A DNA stretch of 32,000 nucleotides from Nautilia sp. PV-1 (GCF_004006315.1 NZ_CP026530.1:159618-191617), one strand, 5' to 3'. Counted from the first letter of the stretch, positions 14,340 to 22,554 are shown. Notes: a model not told the origin generated them from the letters alone. A program made the numbers and translations.

Positions 14340-14714
14340 GTGAATAAATTAATCGGCGAGATTACAGATATACAGTCGCTTGAGAGGCTGAATTTAATAA
14401 AATGCAAAGTAGGCTCTCAAACTGTGAATGTTTTAATGCTTGAGATGAATATTGACATGAAGCCCGGGAAAAAAGCAGAACTGCTGATAAAACCGACTGC
14501 GGTCAGTATTTCGGGGGAAAGATGTTCTTTTGAGAATTCATTAAGAGGTCAGATTTCTGAAATCAATAAAGGCGAAATACTCTCAAGTATAACGGTTGAT
14601 GTGGAAGGTTTTGAAATAGAATGTATTATGCTCAGCGAATATGATAATTTTGAGAAAAATGTTTTTGTCATGTTTAAAGCAAACGATGTGGCCATAGGAA
14701 AGGTTTTTGAATGA
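14340..14714 (+). CDS. Tandem TOBE/Mop-domain protein, ModE-like without DNA-binding domain
   Basis: 124 aa: two Mop-like repeats ([28 protein letters not shown]...; [24 protein letters not shown]...); located between modA and modB; no HTH visible. Confidence 0.8.
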   Translation: MNKLIGEITDIQSLERLNLIKCKVGSQTVNVLMLEMNIDMKPGKKAELLIKPTAVSISGERCSFENSLRGQISEINKGEILSSITVDVEGFEIECIMLSEYDNFEKNVFVMFKANDVAIGKVFE

Positions 14715-15385
14715 ATATAGATTTTACCCCTTTTCTGCTTTCTTTTAAGCTGGCGTTTTTTACCACATCGATTTTATTGATTATAGGAATACCGTTTGCA
14801 TGGTTTTTAAGTTCAACCAAATCTAAATTCAAGCCTGTTTTAGAAGCGATAAGCGCTCTTCCTATCGTTCTTCCTCCGTCAGTGCTCGGGTTTTATCTGC
14901 TTGTGTTTCTTTCTCAAAGTTCACCTGTAGGCAGGCTTTTTGAAGAAATGTTTAATATGAAGCTTGTTTTTACATTTGAAGGGCTGGTTGTGGCAAGCAG
15001 TATATATTCTTTTCCTTTTATGATACAGCCCTTGCAAAACGGTTTTGAAAATATTCCCAAAAATATTGTCGAAGCGTCTTATTTAAGCGGTAAAGGAAGA
15101 CTTGCCACGCTCTTTAAAGTAATACTTCCTAATATGAAAACCTCTCTTATGACGGCGGTAATTATTACTTTTGCACATACGGTCGGCGAATTCGGTGTGG
15201 TTTTGATGGTAGGAGGGTCAATTCCGGGTAAAACTGAAGTGGCAAGTGTGGCGATATATGATTATGTTGAAACTCTTGATTACGAGAGTGCGCATATTTA
15301 CAGTCTTATTATGCTTGCAATCAGTTTTGTCGTGCTTTTGTTTGTTTATATTTTTAACGAAAAACAGAAAAAGAGGTTTTTATGA
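14711..15385 (+). CDS. modB: Molybdate ABC transporter permease
   Basis: [17 protein letters not shown]; [20 protein letters not shown] (EAA loop); [20 protein letters not shown]. Confidence 0.95.
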   Translation: MNIDFTPFLLSFKLAFFTTSILLIIGIPFAWFLSSTKSKFKPVLEAISALPIVLPPSVLGFYLLVFLSQSSPVGRLFEEMFNMKLVFTFEGLVVASSIYSFPFMIQPLQNGFENIPKNIVEASYLSGKGRLATLFKVILPNMKTSLMTAVIITFAHTVGEFGVVLMVGGSIPGKTEVASVAIYDYVETLDYESAHIYSLIMLAISFVVLLFVYIFNEKQKKRFL

Positions 15386-16236
15386 TTAAAATAAACATAA
15401 AAAAAATGCTCCACGGAAGCAGCGGAGAGATGGAGCTTGCCTGTGATTTTGAAATTGAAAAAAATGATTTTTTGGCAATTTCAGGTCCAAGCGGAAGCGG
15501 AAAAACAACTCTTCTCAGAATTATTGCCGGACTTGAAGAGTGTGAAGGGGAGATTACTGTAGAAAGTGAGGTGTGGCAGAATAAGAAAATAAAACTTCCT
15601 CCGCAAAAAAGGGAAGTGGGGTTTGTTTTTCAGGATTTTGCCCTGTTTCCCAATATGAGTGTAATTGAAAATCTTTTGTATGTGAAAAAGGATAAAGAAT
15701 TTGCCTTTGAACTTTTGAAAATGGCAGGGCTTGAAGAACTTGCAGTTAGATATCCGAATACATTAAGCGGAGGACAGAAACAAAGGGTCGCGCTTTGCAG
15801 GGCTTTAATGAGAAAGCCTAAAATTTTGCTTATGGATGAGCCTTTTTCCGCACTTGATCCGGTAATGCGTGAAAAACTTCAAAACGACATAGCCGAATTT
15901 CATACCAGATTCGATTTGACCACTATAATGGTGTCTCATTCCCCGAGTGAAATATACAGGCTTGCAAATAAAATGATTGTGCTAAACAACGGAAAAGTGG
16001 AAAAATTATCCTCGCCTAAAGAACTGTTGTTAAAAACAAGCGGATCCGCAAAATTTGCTTTTGAAGGCAAAATTATAGATATAGTGGGGGTTGATGTGAT
16101 AAATATTGCGATTATTTCAATTGCCAATCAGATTGTTGAGGTTGTAATTTCCAAAAAAGAGGCGGAAGAATTAAAAATAGGCGATAAAGTCGTGGTATCA
16201 AGTAAAGCTTATAACCCTTTAATTAGAAAAATATAA
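15382..16236 (+). CDS. modC: Molybdate ABC transporter ATP-binding protein
   Basis: [38 protein letters not shown]; C-terminal TOBE-like domain. Confidence 0.95.
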   Translation: MIKINIKKMLHGSSGEMELACDFEIEKNDFLAISGPSGSGKTTLLRIIAGLEECEGEITVESEVWQNKKIKLPPQKREVGFVFQDFALFPNMSVIENLLYVKKDKEFAFELLKMAGLEELAVRYPNTLSGGQKQRVALCRALMRKPKILLMDEPFSALDPVMREKLQNDIAEFHTRFDLTTIMVSHSPSEIYRLANKMIVLNNGKVEKLSSPKELLLKTSGSAKFAFEGKIIDIVGVDVINIAIISIANQIVEVVISKKEAEELKIGDKVVVSSKAYNPLIRKI

Positions 16237-16245
16237 AAAACACAC

Positions 16246-16269
16246 CGTTATATAAAAAAAAATATTACG
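16246..16269 (+). promoter_or_regulatory. ModE-type operator, box 3 (CGTTATATAAAAAAAAATATTACG)
   Basis: Same 24-bp span and outer CG positions as boxes 1 and 2; right arm carries one arm mismatch; located just upstream of the second modA SD. Confidence 0.65.
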
Positions 16270-16280
16270 AAGGAGGCGAT

Positions 16281-16940
16281 ATGAAAGCTTTAAGTCTGGC
16301 AATGTTATGTTTTATGTATCTGTTCGGTGAAATATATGTGGGAATTCCGGGCGGATACAAAGATATTTTTGTAAAAATGATCAATAAATATAATTCCACA
16401 CATAAAATAAAGGTAAATGCATTATACGGTCCTATGGGGGTGTTGATGGCTCAGGCAAAGCTGAATAATTTGGATGTTATATTGGGTGATCGTGAAAAGC
16501 TGCAAAAAAACGGATTTAAAAACTTTGTAAAACTCGGATACGGCAAACTTGTAATACTTACAAAAGAAAAGCTTAAATGTGTTAATGAAATAAATAATTT
16601 GAAAAGACTTGCTTTGCCTAATCCTAAAGGGACAACATACGGAAAGGCAGCAGCAGAAGCATTTAAAAATTTACATTTACATCCTAATACGGTTATTGTT
16701 TCTTTAATGCCCCAGGGTATAAATTATTTAAAAATTTCACAATGTGACGGTGCGGTTGCAAATAAAACACAGGAAGTTTTATTAAAAAAAAGATTTTACG
16801 CTTTGGAAATTCCTCAAAAATATTACAATACTATTGTGATAGGTTTTTGTGTATTGCATAAAAACCGTGGAGCAGAAGATTTTATAAAATTTTTATCATC
16901 TCCTGAAATTGAAAAATATCTGCAAGGATACGGTATATGA
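16281..16940 (+). CDS. Second, divergent ModA-like molybdate/tungstate-type substrate-binding protein
   Basis: SBP fold motifs parallel to modA (FGEIYVGIPGGYKDIFVKMINKYNSTHKIKVNALYGPMGVLMAQA; LPNPKGTTYGKAAAEAF); SD GGAGG. Confidence 0.8.
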   Translation: MKALSLAMLCFMYLFGEIYVGIPGGYKDIFVKMINKYNSTHKIKVNALYGPMGVLMAQAKLNNLDVILGDREKLQKNGFKNFVKLGYGKLVILTKEKLKCVNEINNLKRLALPNPKGTTYGKAAAEAFKNLHLHPNTVIVSLMPQGINYLKISQCDGAVANKTQEVLLKKRFYALEIPQKYYNTIVIGFCVLHKNRGAEDFIKFLSSPEIEKYLQGYGI

Positions 16941-17611
16941 GTAAAGAAGCTGTTTTTTCGTTAATTCTTACATTAAAAGTGCTTTGTGCCGATGTGATAC
17001 TGCTGATTATATTTGGTACTATGCTGGTATACTATTTAATGGAAGAAAACAGTTTTTTAAAAAAAACAGTTTATATGCTTATAGACCTTCCCCTTCTTTT
17101 TCCACCGATAGCCACAGGGTTTTTACTTCTTTGGCTTTTTAGGGATAACGGATACCTCGGTAATATATTAAGCAAAATAAACATTCATATTGTATTCGGA
17201 TTTTGGGGTTTGGTATTAGCCGGATTTGTCGCTTCCGTGTCTTTATTTATCAAGCCTCTTATAGCTTCAATTAGACAGTATCCTAAAAATATAATAGAAG
17301 CTTCGTATATTTCAGGTAAAAGTAAATTTAAAACGTTTATATTTATTATTATGCCGGGTATGAAAAAAGTGTTTATAGTTTCTTTTATTTTAAGTGTTTC
17401 AAGAATTTTCGGAGAAGTAGGTATCAGTTTGATGCTGGGAGGAAATATTCCATTTAAAACCAATACGATTTCAATTGAAATTTTTTCAGAGGTTTTTAAC
17501 GGAAACATAGATACTGCTATGAATTTGAGTTTGATTATGTTTGCCGTATCTTTTGTATTGTTTGTTTTTTTAAAATATATAGAAAGTAATATAAAACATG
17601 ATTTATTCTAA
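16937..17611 (+). CDS. Second ModB-like permease
   Basis: LPLLFPPIATGFLLLWLF; EASYISGKSKFKTFIFIIMP EAA loop; FGEVGISLMLGGNIPFKTNTI aligns with ModB signature. Confidence 0.88.
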   Translation: MSKEAVFSLILTLKVLCADVILLIIFGTMLVYYLMEENSFLKKTVYMLIDLPLLFPPIATGFLLLWLFRDNGYLGNILSKINIHIVFGFWGLVLAGFVASVSLFIKPLIASIRQYPKNIIEASYISGKSKFKTFIFIIMPGMKKVFIVSFILSVSRIFGEVGISLMLGGNIPFKTNTISIEIFSEVFNGNIDTAMNLSLIMFAVSFVLFVFLKYIESNIKHDLF

Positions 17612-18331
17612 CAGTTTTATAGCGATTTCGGTAAGGGCGTTTCTATAAATTTTTTGTAAATCAACCCATGCAAGTGCTTCATGCGGCAGTACCTGCTGCA
17701 GTCTGTAAAGTCCGCTGTCCTGTTTTTCTATTGTAGAATAAGTCTGGTGTAAATCGCCTAATAAAAACAGTTTGCTTCCTTCACTCATTCTTGAGAGTAT
17801 CATACTCATATATTCCCTTGTGATAAGCTGTACTTCGTCAACAATCAGTACTTCTCCTTCAAGAATTGATACGCCCTGAATCATATTTAAAGGAATAATT
17901 TCAAATTTTTCAAAAAATAGCTGGGATTTTATAGAGTCGTATGTCTGACCTTTGAGATCTCGGTACAGGAAATTAAGCGCGCTTAAAAACCCTCCCGCCC
18001 ATTCAAGCATTTTTTCATCTTTGCTTCCCGGCAGAAATCCTATGTCATAATCGCTGCTGATTCCTATAGGCGGTCTGGTTATAAATATTTTCTTTTTGGT
18101 CAGACTCAAAGCCGTGGCGGTTGCAAGCAGGGTTTTGCCGCTCCCGAATCTTCCTGTTATAAGACTCGCAGGGGCTTCTACCATTGCATAAACGGCGCAT
18201 TTTTGGTAAATATCCAGAGGTTCGAAAATTTTGGCGTTTTTTATTCTTATTTTTGAAGTTTCTGGAATGTTGTCAATTCTCTCAATACCTTTATAAGGGT
18301 TATAGCAATACGCCAAGTCTCTTTCGTTCAT
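17603..18331 (-). CDS. PhoH-like ATPase lacking an N-terminal PIN domain; open frame continues upstream to 18475
   Basis: SLITGRFGSGKTLLATATAL (Walker A), GVSILEGEVLIVDEVQ (Walker B), LFLLGDLHQT; in-frame upstream extension ILIKDKNFEYGHFIGIKPAKEVIEYIKQKHSYELKYWDFIITYDE. Confidence 0.85.
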   Translation of the reverse strand: MNERDLAYCYNPYKGIERIDNIPETSKIRIKNAKIFEPLDIYQKCAVYAMVEAPASLITGRFGSGKTLLATATALSLTKKKIFITRPPIGISSDYDIGFLPGSKDEKMLEWAGGFLSALNFLYRDLKGQTYDSIKSQLFFEKFEIIPLNMIQGVSILEGEVLIVDEVQLITREYMSMILSRMSEGSKLFLLGDLHQTYSTIEKQDSGLYRLQQVLPHEALAWVDLQKIYRNALTEIAIKLLE

Positions 18332-18475
18332 TTCATCGTAGGTAATTATAAAATCCCAGTATTTGAGTTCGTAACTGTGTTTTTGTTTTATGTATTCAAT
18401 TACTTCTTTTGCAGGTTTGATACCTATAAAATGACCATATTCAAAATTTTTGTCTTTTATTAGAATGGTAACTCC

Positions 18476-18754
18476 TTAGAATGGTTTATATTTAGTAATT
18501 CCTAAGATAATTATTTCCGATTTTGTAATTTTATATGGAATAATATAACCTTTAAAAATCAGGTCTCTGATACTGTCATCATTAAAGTATATTGATTTTC
18601 TGTATTTATATGGGAAAAGAGTTAAATTTTCTATTTTATTTTTTAGTTCTTTTTTAAACTCATAAGCAGATTGAGGCTTGTCTTTTTTTATAAAGTTCAA
18701 AATTGTCTTCATATCATCAAAAAAATGTTTTTCATAAACGATTTTATAGTTCAT
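18476..18754 (-). CDS. RelE/ParE-superfamily toxin
   Basis: 92 aa; FFDDMKTILNFIKKDKPQSAYEFKKELKNKIENLTLFPYKYRKSIYF...GYIIPYKITKSEIIILGITKYKPF. Confidence 0.85.
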   Translation of the reverse strand: MNYKIVYEKHFFDDMKTILNFIKKDKPQSAYEFKKELKNKIENLTLFPYKYRKSIYFNDDSIRDLIFKGYIIPYKITKSEIIILGITKYKPF

Positions 18755-18959
18755 CTATTTTATTCCACATTTGGGAGTGCTCTATAATGTTTCCTTTCAA
18801 TGCTGAGTTTAATCTTTTATTGAATTCGGCTTTATCGTTTTTGAATTTTTCAGACTTGATATAAATATCTTTGGCGATTAAATTGTTAACATAGTCGTTA
18901 ATATCTACATTTTGGAGGTAATCAATAAATTCATCATTTATTTGGATATTAATCTTCAT
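18744..18959 (-). CDS. Cognate antitoxin-like protein
   Basis: 71 aa ORF overlapping the toxin start by 11 nt (MKINIQINDEFIDYLQN...NKRLNSALKGNIIEHSQMWNKIDEL). Confidence 0.75.
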   Translation of the reverse strand: MKINIQINDEFIDYLQNVDINDYVNNLIAKDIYIKSEKFKNDKAEFNKRLNSALKGNIIEHSQMWNKIDEL

Positions 18960-18961
18960 AT

Positions 18962-19792
18962 TTATCCTTTCATTTTCATTGAGAAATCTTTAAATGTGGC
19001 CTGATGGATTATAGCTCCGCTGCTTACGGCGTCTATCCCGGTTTGAACGTAGTTTTTAATGTTTTCAAGAGTTACGTTTCCGCTCGCCTCGAGTAATATG
19101 CCTTTATGGTTTTCGTTTCTGTAATTTACGACCTTTTTAATCTCTTCGAAGCTCATATTATCGCACATTACGATATCAGCTCCCGCCTGCATGGCTTCTA
19201 TTGCCATTTCTACGGTTTCCGCTTCTATTTCTATTTTTGTGGTAAACGGTATATTTTCCCTTGCGGTTTTTACGGCTTCTTCTATAGAGTTAAATAGTGC
19301 AAGGTGGGTGTCTTTTAGCATCAGACAGTCATCAAGTCCGAGTCTGTGGTTGGTTACGCCTCCGCATGCCGCCGCATATTTTTCAAATACTCTCAGTCCC
19401 GGTTTTGTTTTTCTGGTATCGAGAATATTTAGCTTTCCGTCTGTCAGTTTTACAAACTCATAAGCGTTGCTGGCAATTCCGCTAGCGTGCTGGAGGATAT
19501 TGAGCATGGTTCTTTCTATTGAAAGAATATCTTTGGCGTTTCCGTAAATTTCAAGGATAATATCGCCATGTTTATAAAAATCACTGTCCCGAAAATAAAA
19601 ATCAAATTTAACATCCGCCAGTTCGCTTAAATGTTTTATATATTCAATTCCCGCAACTACTCCTTCGCTTTTTGCTCTGATTATAGCGGTTGCGTTTTTA
19701 TCTATCAGACTTCTGGCCAGATCTCCTCTTCCGATATCTTCGCTTAACGCGTTTTTTAAAAAATCCACTATCTGGTATTTCATCAGGTTCAT
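18962..19792 (-). CDS. nadC: Nicotinate-nucleotide pyrophosphorylase (carboxylating)
   Basis: EDIGRGDLARSLI, NILQHASGIAS, DTRKTKPGLRVFEKYAAACGGVTNHRLGLDD, IEVEAETVEMAIEA. Confidence 0.96.
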   Translation of the reverse strand: MNLMKYQIVDFLKNALSEDIGRGDLARSLIDKNATAIIRAKSEGVVAGIEYIKHLSELADVKFDFYFRDSDFYKHGDIILEIYGNAKDILSIERTMLNILQHASGIASNAYEFVKLTDGKLNILDTRKTKPGLRVFEKYAAACGGVTNHRLGLDDCLMLKDTHLALFNSIEEAVKTARENIPFTTKIEIEAETVEMAIEAMQAGADIVMCDNMSFEEIKKVVNYRNENHKGILLEASGNVTLENIKNYVQTGIDAVSSGAIIHQATFKDFSMKMKG

Positions 19793-20760
19793 GACAGCTC
19801 CATCATTCTTTGAAGTGCGGTTTTTGCGTATTTTGCAATTTTTGGGTCCACTTCGATTTTATTGTAATCTTTCCCTTCGTCTATCGCTTTTAAAAGTTTA
19901 TAAAGTTCTTCCAAAGTCGTTTCATTCATTGAAGGACATTCCGGTTTTGTGGAACTTAATACGTATATATTAGGATTTATTTCGTTTTTCATTCTGTTTA
20001 CGAAATTAAATTCAGTCCCGATAGCCATAGGAGTTGTAGGGTTTTCTTTTACGTAATTCAGAATCTGGGAAGTGCTTCCGGCAAAATCCGCAAGTTTTAC
20101 CACTTCGGGAGAGCATTCCGGATGAACTACGATTTTGATATCGGGAAATCTTTCTTTGTAAAATTCCACATGTTCGGGCATAAAGAGTTGATGAACGCTG
20201 CAGTGACCGTCAAAACATATCATAGTGGCATCCTGCCAGTTTTCTTCTCCGATAATAGCTGAGGTTATACCGAGTCTGTTTGCGATGTTTCTTCCGAGGT
20301 TTTTATCAGGAAGGAAAAAAATTCTTTTATTTTGGGCGAGAGCCCATTCGATTATTTTCTGTGCGTTTGAGCTAGTACACGTAAGTCCGCCGTTTTCGGC
20401 AACTATGGCTTTTGTTTTGGCTGTTGAATTTATATATGTGATTGGTATAAAATCTATATTGTTTTCTTTCAGGGTTTTTATATTGTTTTCCACTTTAGCC
20501 TCTTCTGCCATTCTGGCCATGGAACAGTCGGAAAGGCGAGGCATGTATACGTCAATATCGGGATTTAAAATTTTTGCACTTTCTCCCATAAATTTAACCC
20601 CGCAAAATATTAGCGGGTTTTTAAGTGAACTTGTTTTTTTGGCAAGTTCTAGACTGTCGCCTGTAAGATCTGCTAAATCAAATATTTCGTCTTTTTCATA
20701 ATAATGCGCTGCTATGGTTATATTATGTTTTTTTATAAGCTCTTTTACTTTATTTAGCAT
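19789..20760 (-). CDS. nadA: Quinolinate synthase
   Basis: IAAHYYEKDEIFDLADLTGDSLELAKK, CGVKFMGESAKIL, VHPECSPEVVKLADFAGSTSQIL, GTEFNFVNRM, CPSMNETTLEEL. Confidence 0.97.
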   Translation of the reverse strand: MLNKVKELIKKHNITIAAHYYEKDEIFDLADLTGDSLELAKKTSSLKNPLIFCGVKFMGESAKILNPDIDVYMPRLSDCSMARMAEEAKVENNIKTLKENNIDFIPITYINSTAKTKAIVAENGGLTCTSSNAQKIIEWALAQNKRIFFLPDKNLGRNIANRLGITSAIIGEENWQDATMICFDGHCSVHQLFMPEHVEFYKERFPDIKIVVHPECSPEVVKLADFAGSTSQILNYVKENPTTPMAIGTEFNFVNRMKNEINPNIYVLSSTKPECPSMNETTLEELYKLLKAIDEGKDYNKIEVDPKIAKYAKTALQRMMELS

Positions 20761-20837
20761 TTAGGTCCTTTTTATGCATATGTAAACAATGATTACTTTA
20801 TAAAAATTATATTATAATTTCACAAAAAAGGAAAAAT

Positions 20838-21446
20838 ATGTCACCGTTAATATGGTATTTAATAGCTTATTTGGTAGGAGGAATTCCGTTTGGATATCTA
20901 ATAGCTAAATATTTTGCAGGGATTAATATAAAAGAACAGGGAAGCGGCAATATAGGTGCTACAAACGTGCTTAGGGTTTTGAAACAGACTGATCCTGCCA
21001 AAGCAAAAAAACTTGCTGCGGTTACTCTTTTGCTGGATGCTTTTAAAGGTGCGGCCGTTATACTTGCGGCTAAAATGATGGGAGTCTGTCCGGCTACTCA
21101 ATGGGCGATAGCTGTAATTGCGGTAATAGGGCATTGTTTTTCCCCTTATCTGAAACTTGAAGGAGGAAAAGGCGTGGCGACAACTGCCGGCGTTCTTTTA
21201 GTGCTTGTGCCAAAAGCTGTGCTGGTAGCTATTGTTGTATGGTTTATTATGGCTAAAACGGTTAAAATATCTTCACTGAGCTCTCTAAGCGCGATAATCG
21301 TAGGAATTGCGAGTACTTACGTTTTATATCCTGATCTTCCGATACATTCTCACGCTCCATTGATTATTATCGGGTTTATCGTTCTTTATAAACATAAAGA
21401 CAATATATACAGGCTGATTATCGGGGAAGAAAAAAGAGTAATATAA
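20838..21446 (+). CDS. plsY: Acyl-phosphate glycerol-3-phosphate acyltransferase
   Basis: YLVGGIPFGYLIAK, GSGNIGATNVLR, GHCFSPYLKLEGGKGVATTAG. Confidence 0.97.
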   Translation: MSPLIWYLIAYLVGGIPFGYLIAKYFAGINIKEQGSGNIGATNVLRVLKQTDPAKAKKLAAVTLLLDAFKGAAVILAAKMMGVCPATQWAIAVIAVIGHCFSPYLKLEGGKGVATTAGVLLVLVPKAVLVAIVVWFIMAKTVKISSLSSLSAIIVGIASTYVLYPDLPIHSHAPLIIIGFIVLYKHKDNIYRLIIGEEKRVI

Positions 21447-21451
21447 AAATG

Positions 21452-21476
21452 GAGAATTGAGAATTGAGAATTGAGA
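21452..21476 (+). repeat. Heptanucleotide tandem repeat (GAGAATT)n covering the start region of the folB-like gene
   Basis: gagaattgagaattgagaattgaga read directly: about 3.5 copies. Confidence 0.85.
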
Positions 21477-21805
21477 ATAATTATAAAATATTAATTGAAA
21501 ATTTGGAATTTAAGGCTATAATCGGAATATTGCCCGAAGAGAGGGAAAAAACGCAAAAAGTTTTAGTACATGCGGAAATTGAATATGAAGGCAAAAACAA
21601 TTATATAGATTATGCCGAAGTATGCGATTTAATTGAAAAACTTATGATTGAGAGGAAATTTCTGCTTATAGAAGACGCCATGGAGGCTATAGAAGCTAAA
21701 CTTCTGGAGAAATATCCTCAGATGAAAAGCCTTGAACTTCATATAAAAAAACCTGAAATTTTAAGAAATGCTTTAGTGGGAGTGAAAATCTTAAGAAAAT
21801 ATTAA
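21464..21805 (+). CDS. folB: Dihydroneopterin aldolase-like (FolB family) protein
   Basis: LENLEFKAIIGILPEEREKTQKVLVHAEIEYEG...LIEKLMIERKFLLIEDAMEAIEAKLLEKYP; TTG start. Confidence 0.8.
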   Translation: MRIENNYKILIENLEFKAIIGILPEEREKTQKVLVHAEIEYEGKNNYIDYAEVCDLIEKLMIERKFLLIEDAMEAIEAKLLEKYPQMKSLELHIKKPEILRNALVGVKILRKY

Positions 21806-21819
21806 TTTTTTGATATAAT
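21791..21819 (+). promoter_or_regulatory. Putative promoter for the response regulator transcript (TTAAGA-17-TATAAT)
   Basis: TATAAT 21814-21819 with a weak -35 at 21791-21796. Confidence 0.5.
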
Positions 21820-21842
21820 TTTTTCAAGTATTAGGTTTGGGG

Positions 21843-21869
21843 TCGTATTCGGCCGCTTGCCGAATACGA
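21843..21869 (+). promoter_or_regulatory. GC-rich perfect inverted repeat in the 5' leader of the response regulator (TCGTATTCGGC-cgctt-GCCGAATACGA)
   Basis: 11-bp perfect arms, 5-nt loop, upstream of AAGGAG SD and GTG start. Confidence 0.75.
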
Positions 21870-21884
21870 AATAAAGGAGAGAGT

Positions 21885-22553
21885 GTGAGACTTCTTGTGA
21901 TTGAAAAAGACGAAACATTAAATCATCTTATTACTAAATCTCTTGAAGAAGTCGGTTATAAAAGCGATGAGGCTTTTACCGTCAGAGATGGTAAGTATTT
22001 TTTGGATGTCAGACATTACAATTTGGCAATTATAGACGCCGATTTCGGTTTAAGCGAAGTGTTTAAATTTATCGATTATGCTAAAGAGATATATCCTCTT
22101 ATTAAAATAATCGTTATTTCAAACGACCAATCCGTAGAAACCGAAATAAAAGTTTTAAAAATGGGGGCGGATGATTTTATAAGAAAACCTCTGAATTTTG
22201 ATCTGTTAATTACAAGAATAAACGTAGCCTTAAGAAGCGGTAAAGAGTCGCAAATTAAAATAAAAGATCTGATTATTATAAAAGACGAAGAAAAAATTAT
22301 TTACAACGGTAAAGAAACATATCTAAAAGGCAAGGCTTTTGAAGTATTTACACATTTGGCCAGATATCCTAACCAGGTTATATCAAAAGAGCAGCTTTTA
22401 GATGCCATCTGGGAGGAGCCGGAGCTGGTAACTCCGAATGTTATAGAAGTTGCTGTAAATCAGATACGTCAAAAGGTTGACAAAGTTTTTAAAATTGATA
22501 CAATTAAGACCATTCGCCGCAGAGGCTATAAATTTTGTTATCCAAAGGAGTAG
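21885..22553 (+). CDS. OmpR/PhoB-family response regulator
   Basis: GTG start with AAGGAG SD; receiver (LAIIDADFG, MGADDFIRKP) plus winged-helix (LARYPNQVISKEQLLDAIW...VIEVAVNQIRQKVDKVF..IKTIRRRGYKF). Confidence 0.92.
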   Translation: MRLLVIEKDETLNHLITKSLEEVGYKSDEAFTVRDGKYFLDVRHYNLAIIDADFGLSEVFKFIDYAKEIYPLIKIIVISNDQSVETEIKVLKMGADDFIRKPLNFDLLITRINVALRSGKESQIKIKDLIIIKDEEKIIYNGKETYLKGKAFEVFTHLARYPNQVISKEQLLDAIWEEPELVTPNVIEVAVNQIRQKVDKVFKIDTIKTIRRRGYKFCYPKE

Positions 22554-22554
22554 C

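Noticed and set aside
19106-19485. Three plus-strand ORFs opposite nadC
   Set aside because: Antisense to a full-length, well-conserved nadC; no SD or family resemblance.
20225-20701. 158-aa plus-strand ORF opposite nadA
   Set aside because: Antisense shadow of nadA; composition matches the reverse complement of conserved nadA codons.
21837-21884. N-terminal extension MGSYSAACRIRNKGES of the response regulator
   Set aside because: It translates the inverted repeat; a good SD precedes GTG 21885, which starts the conserved receiver domain.
22477-22554. N-terminal extension of the ferredoxin ORF (MTKFLKLIQLRPFAAEAINFVIQRSS)
   Set aside because: It is the out-of-frame read of the response regulator 3' end; SD AAAGGAG and ATG at 22555 give the true start.
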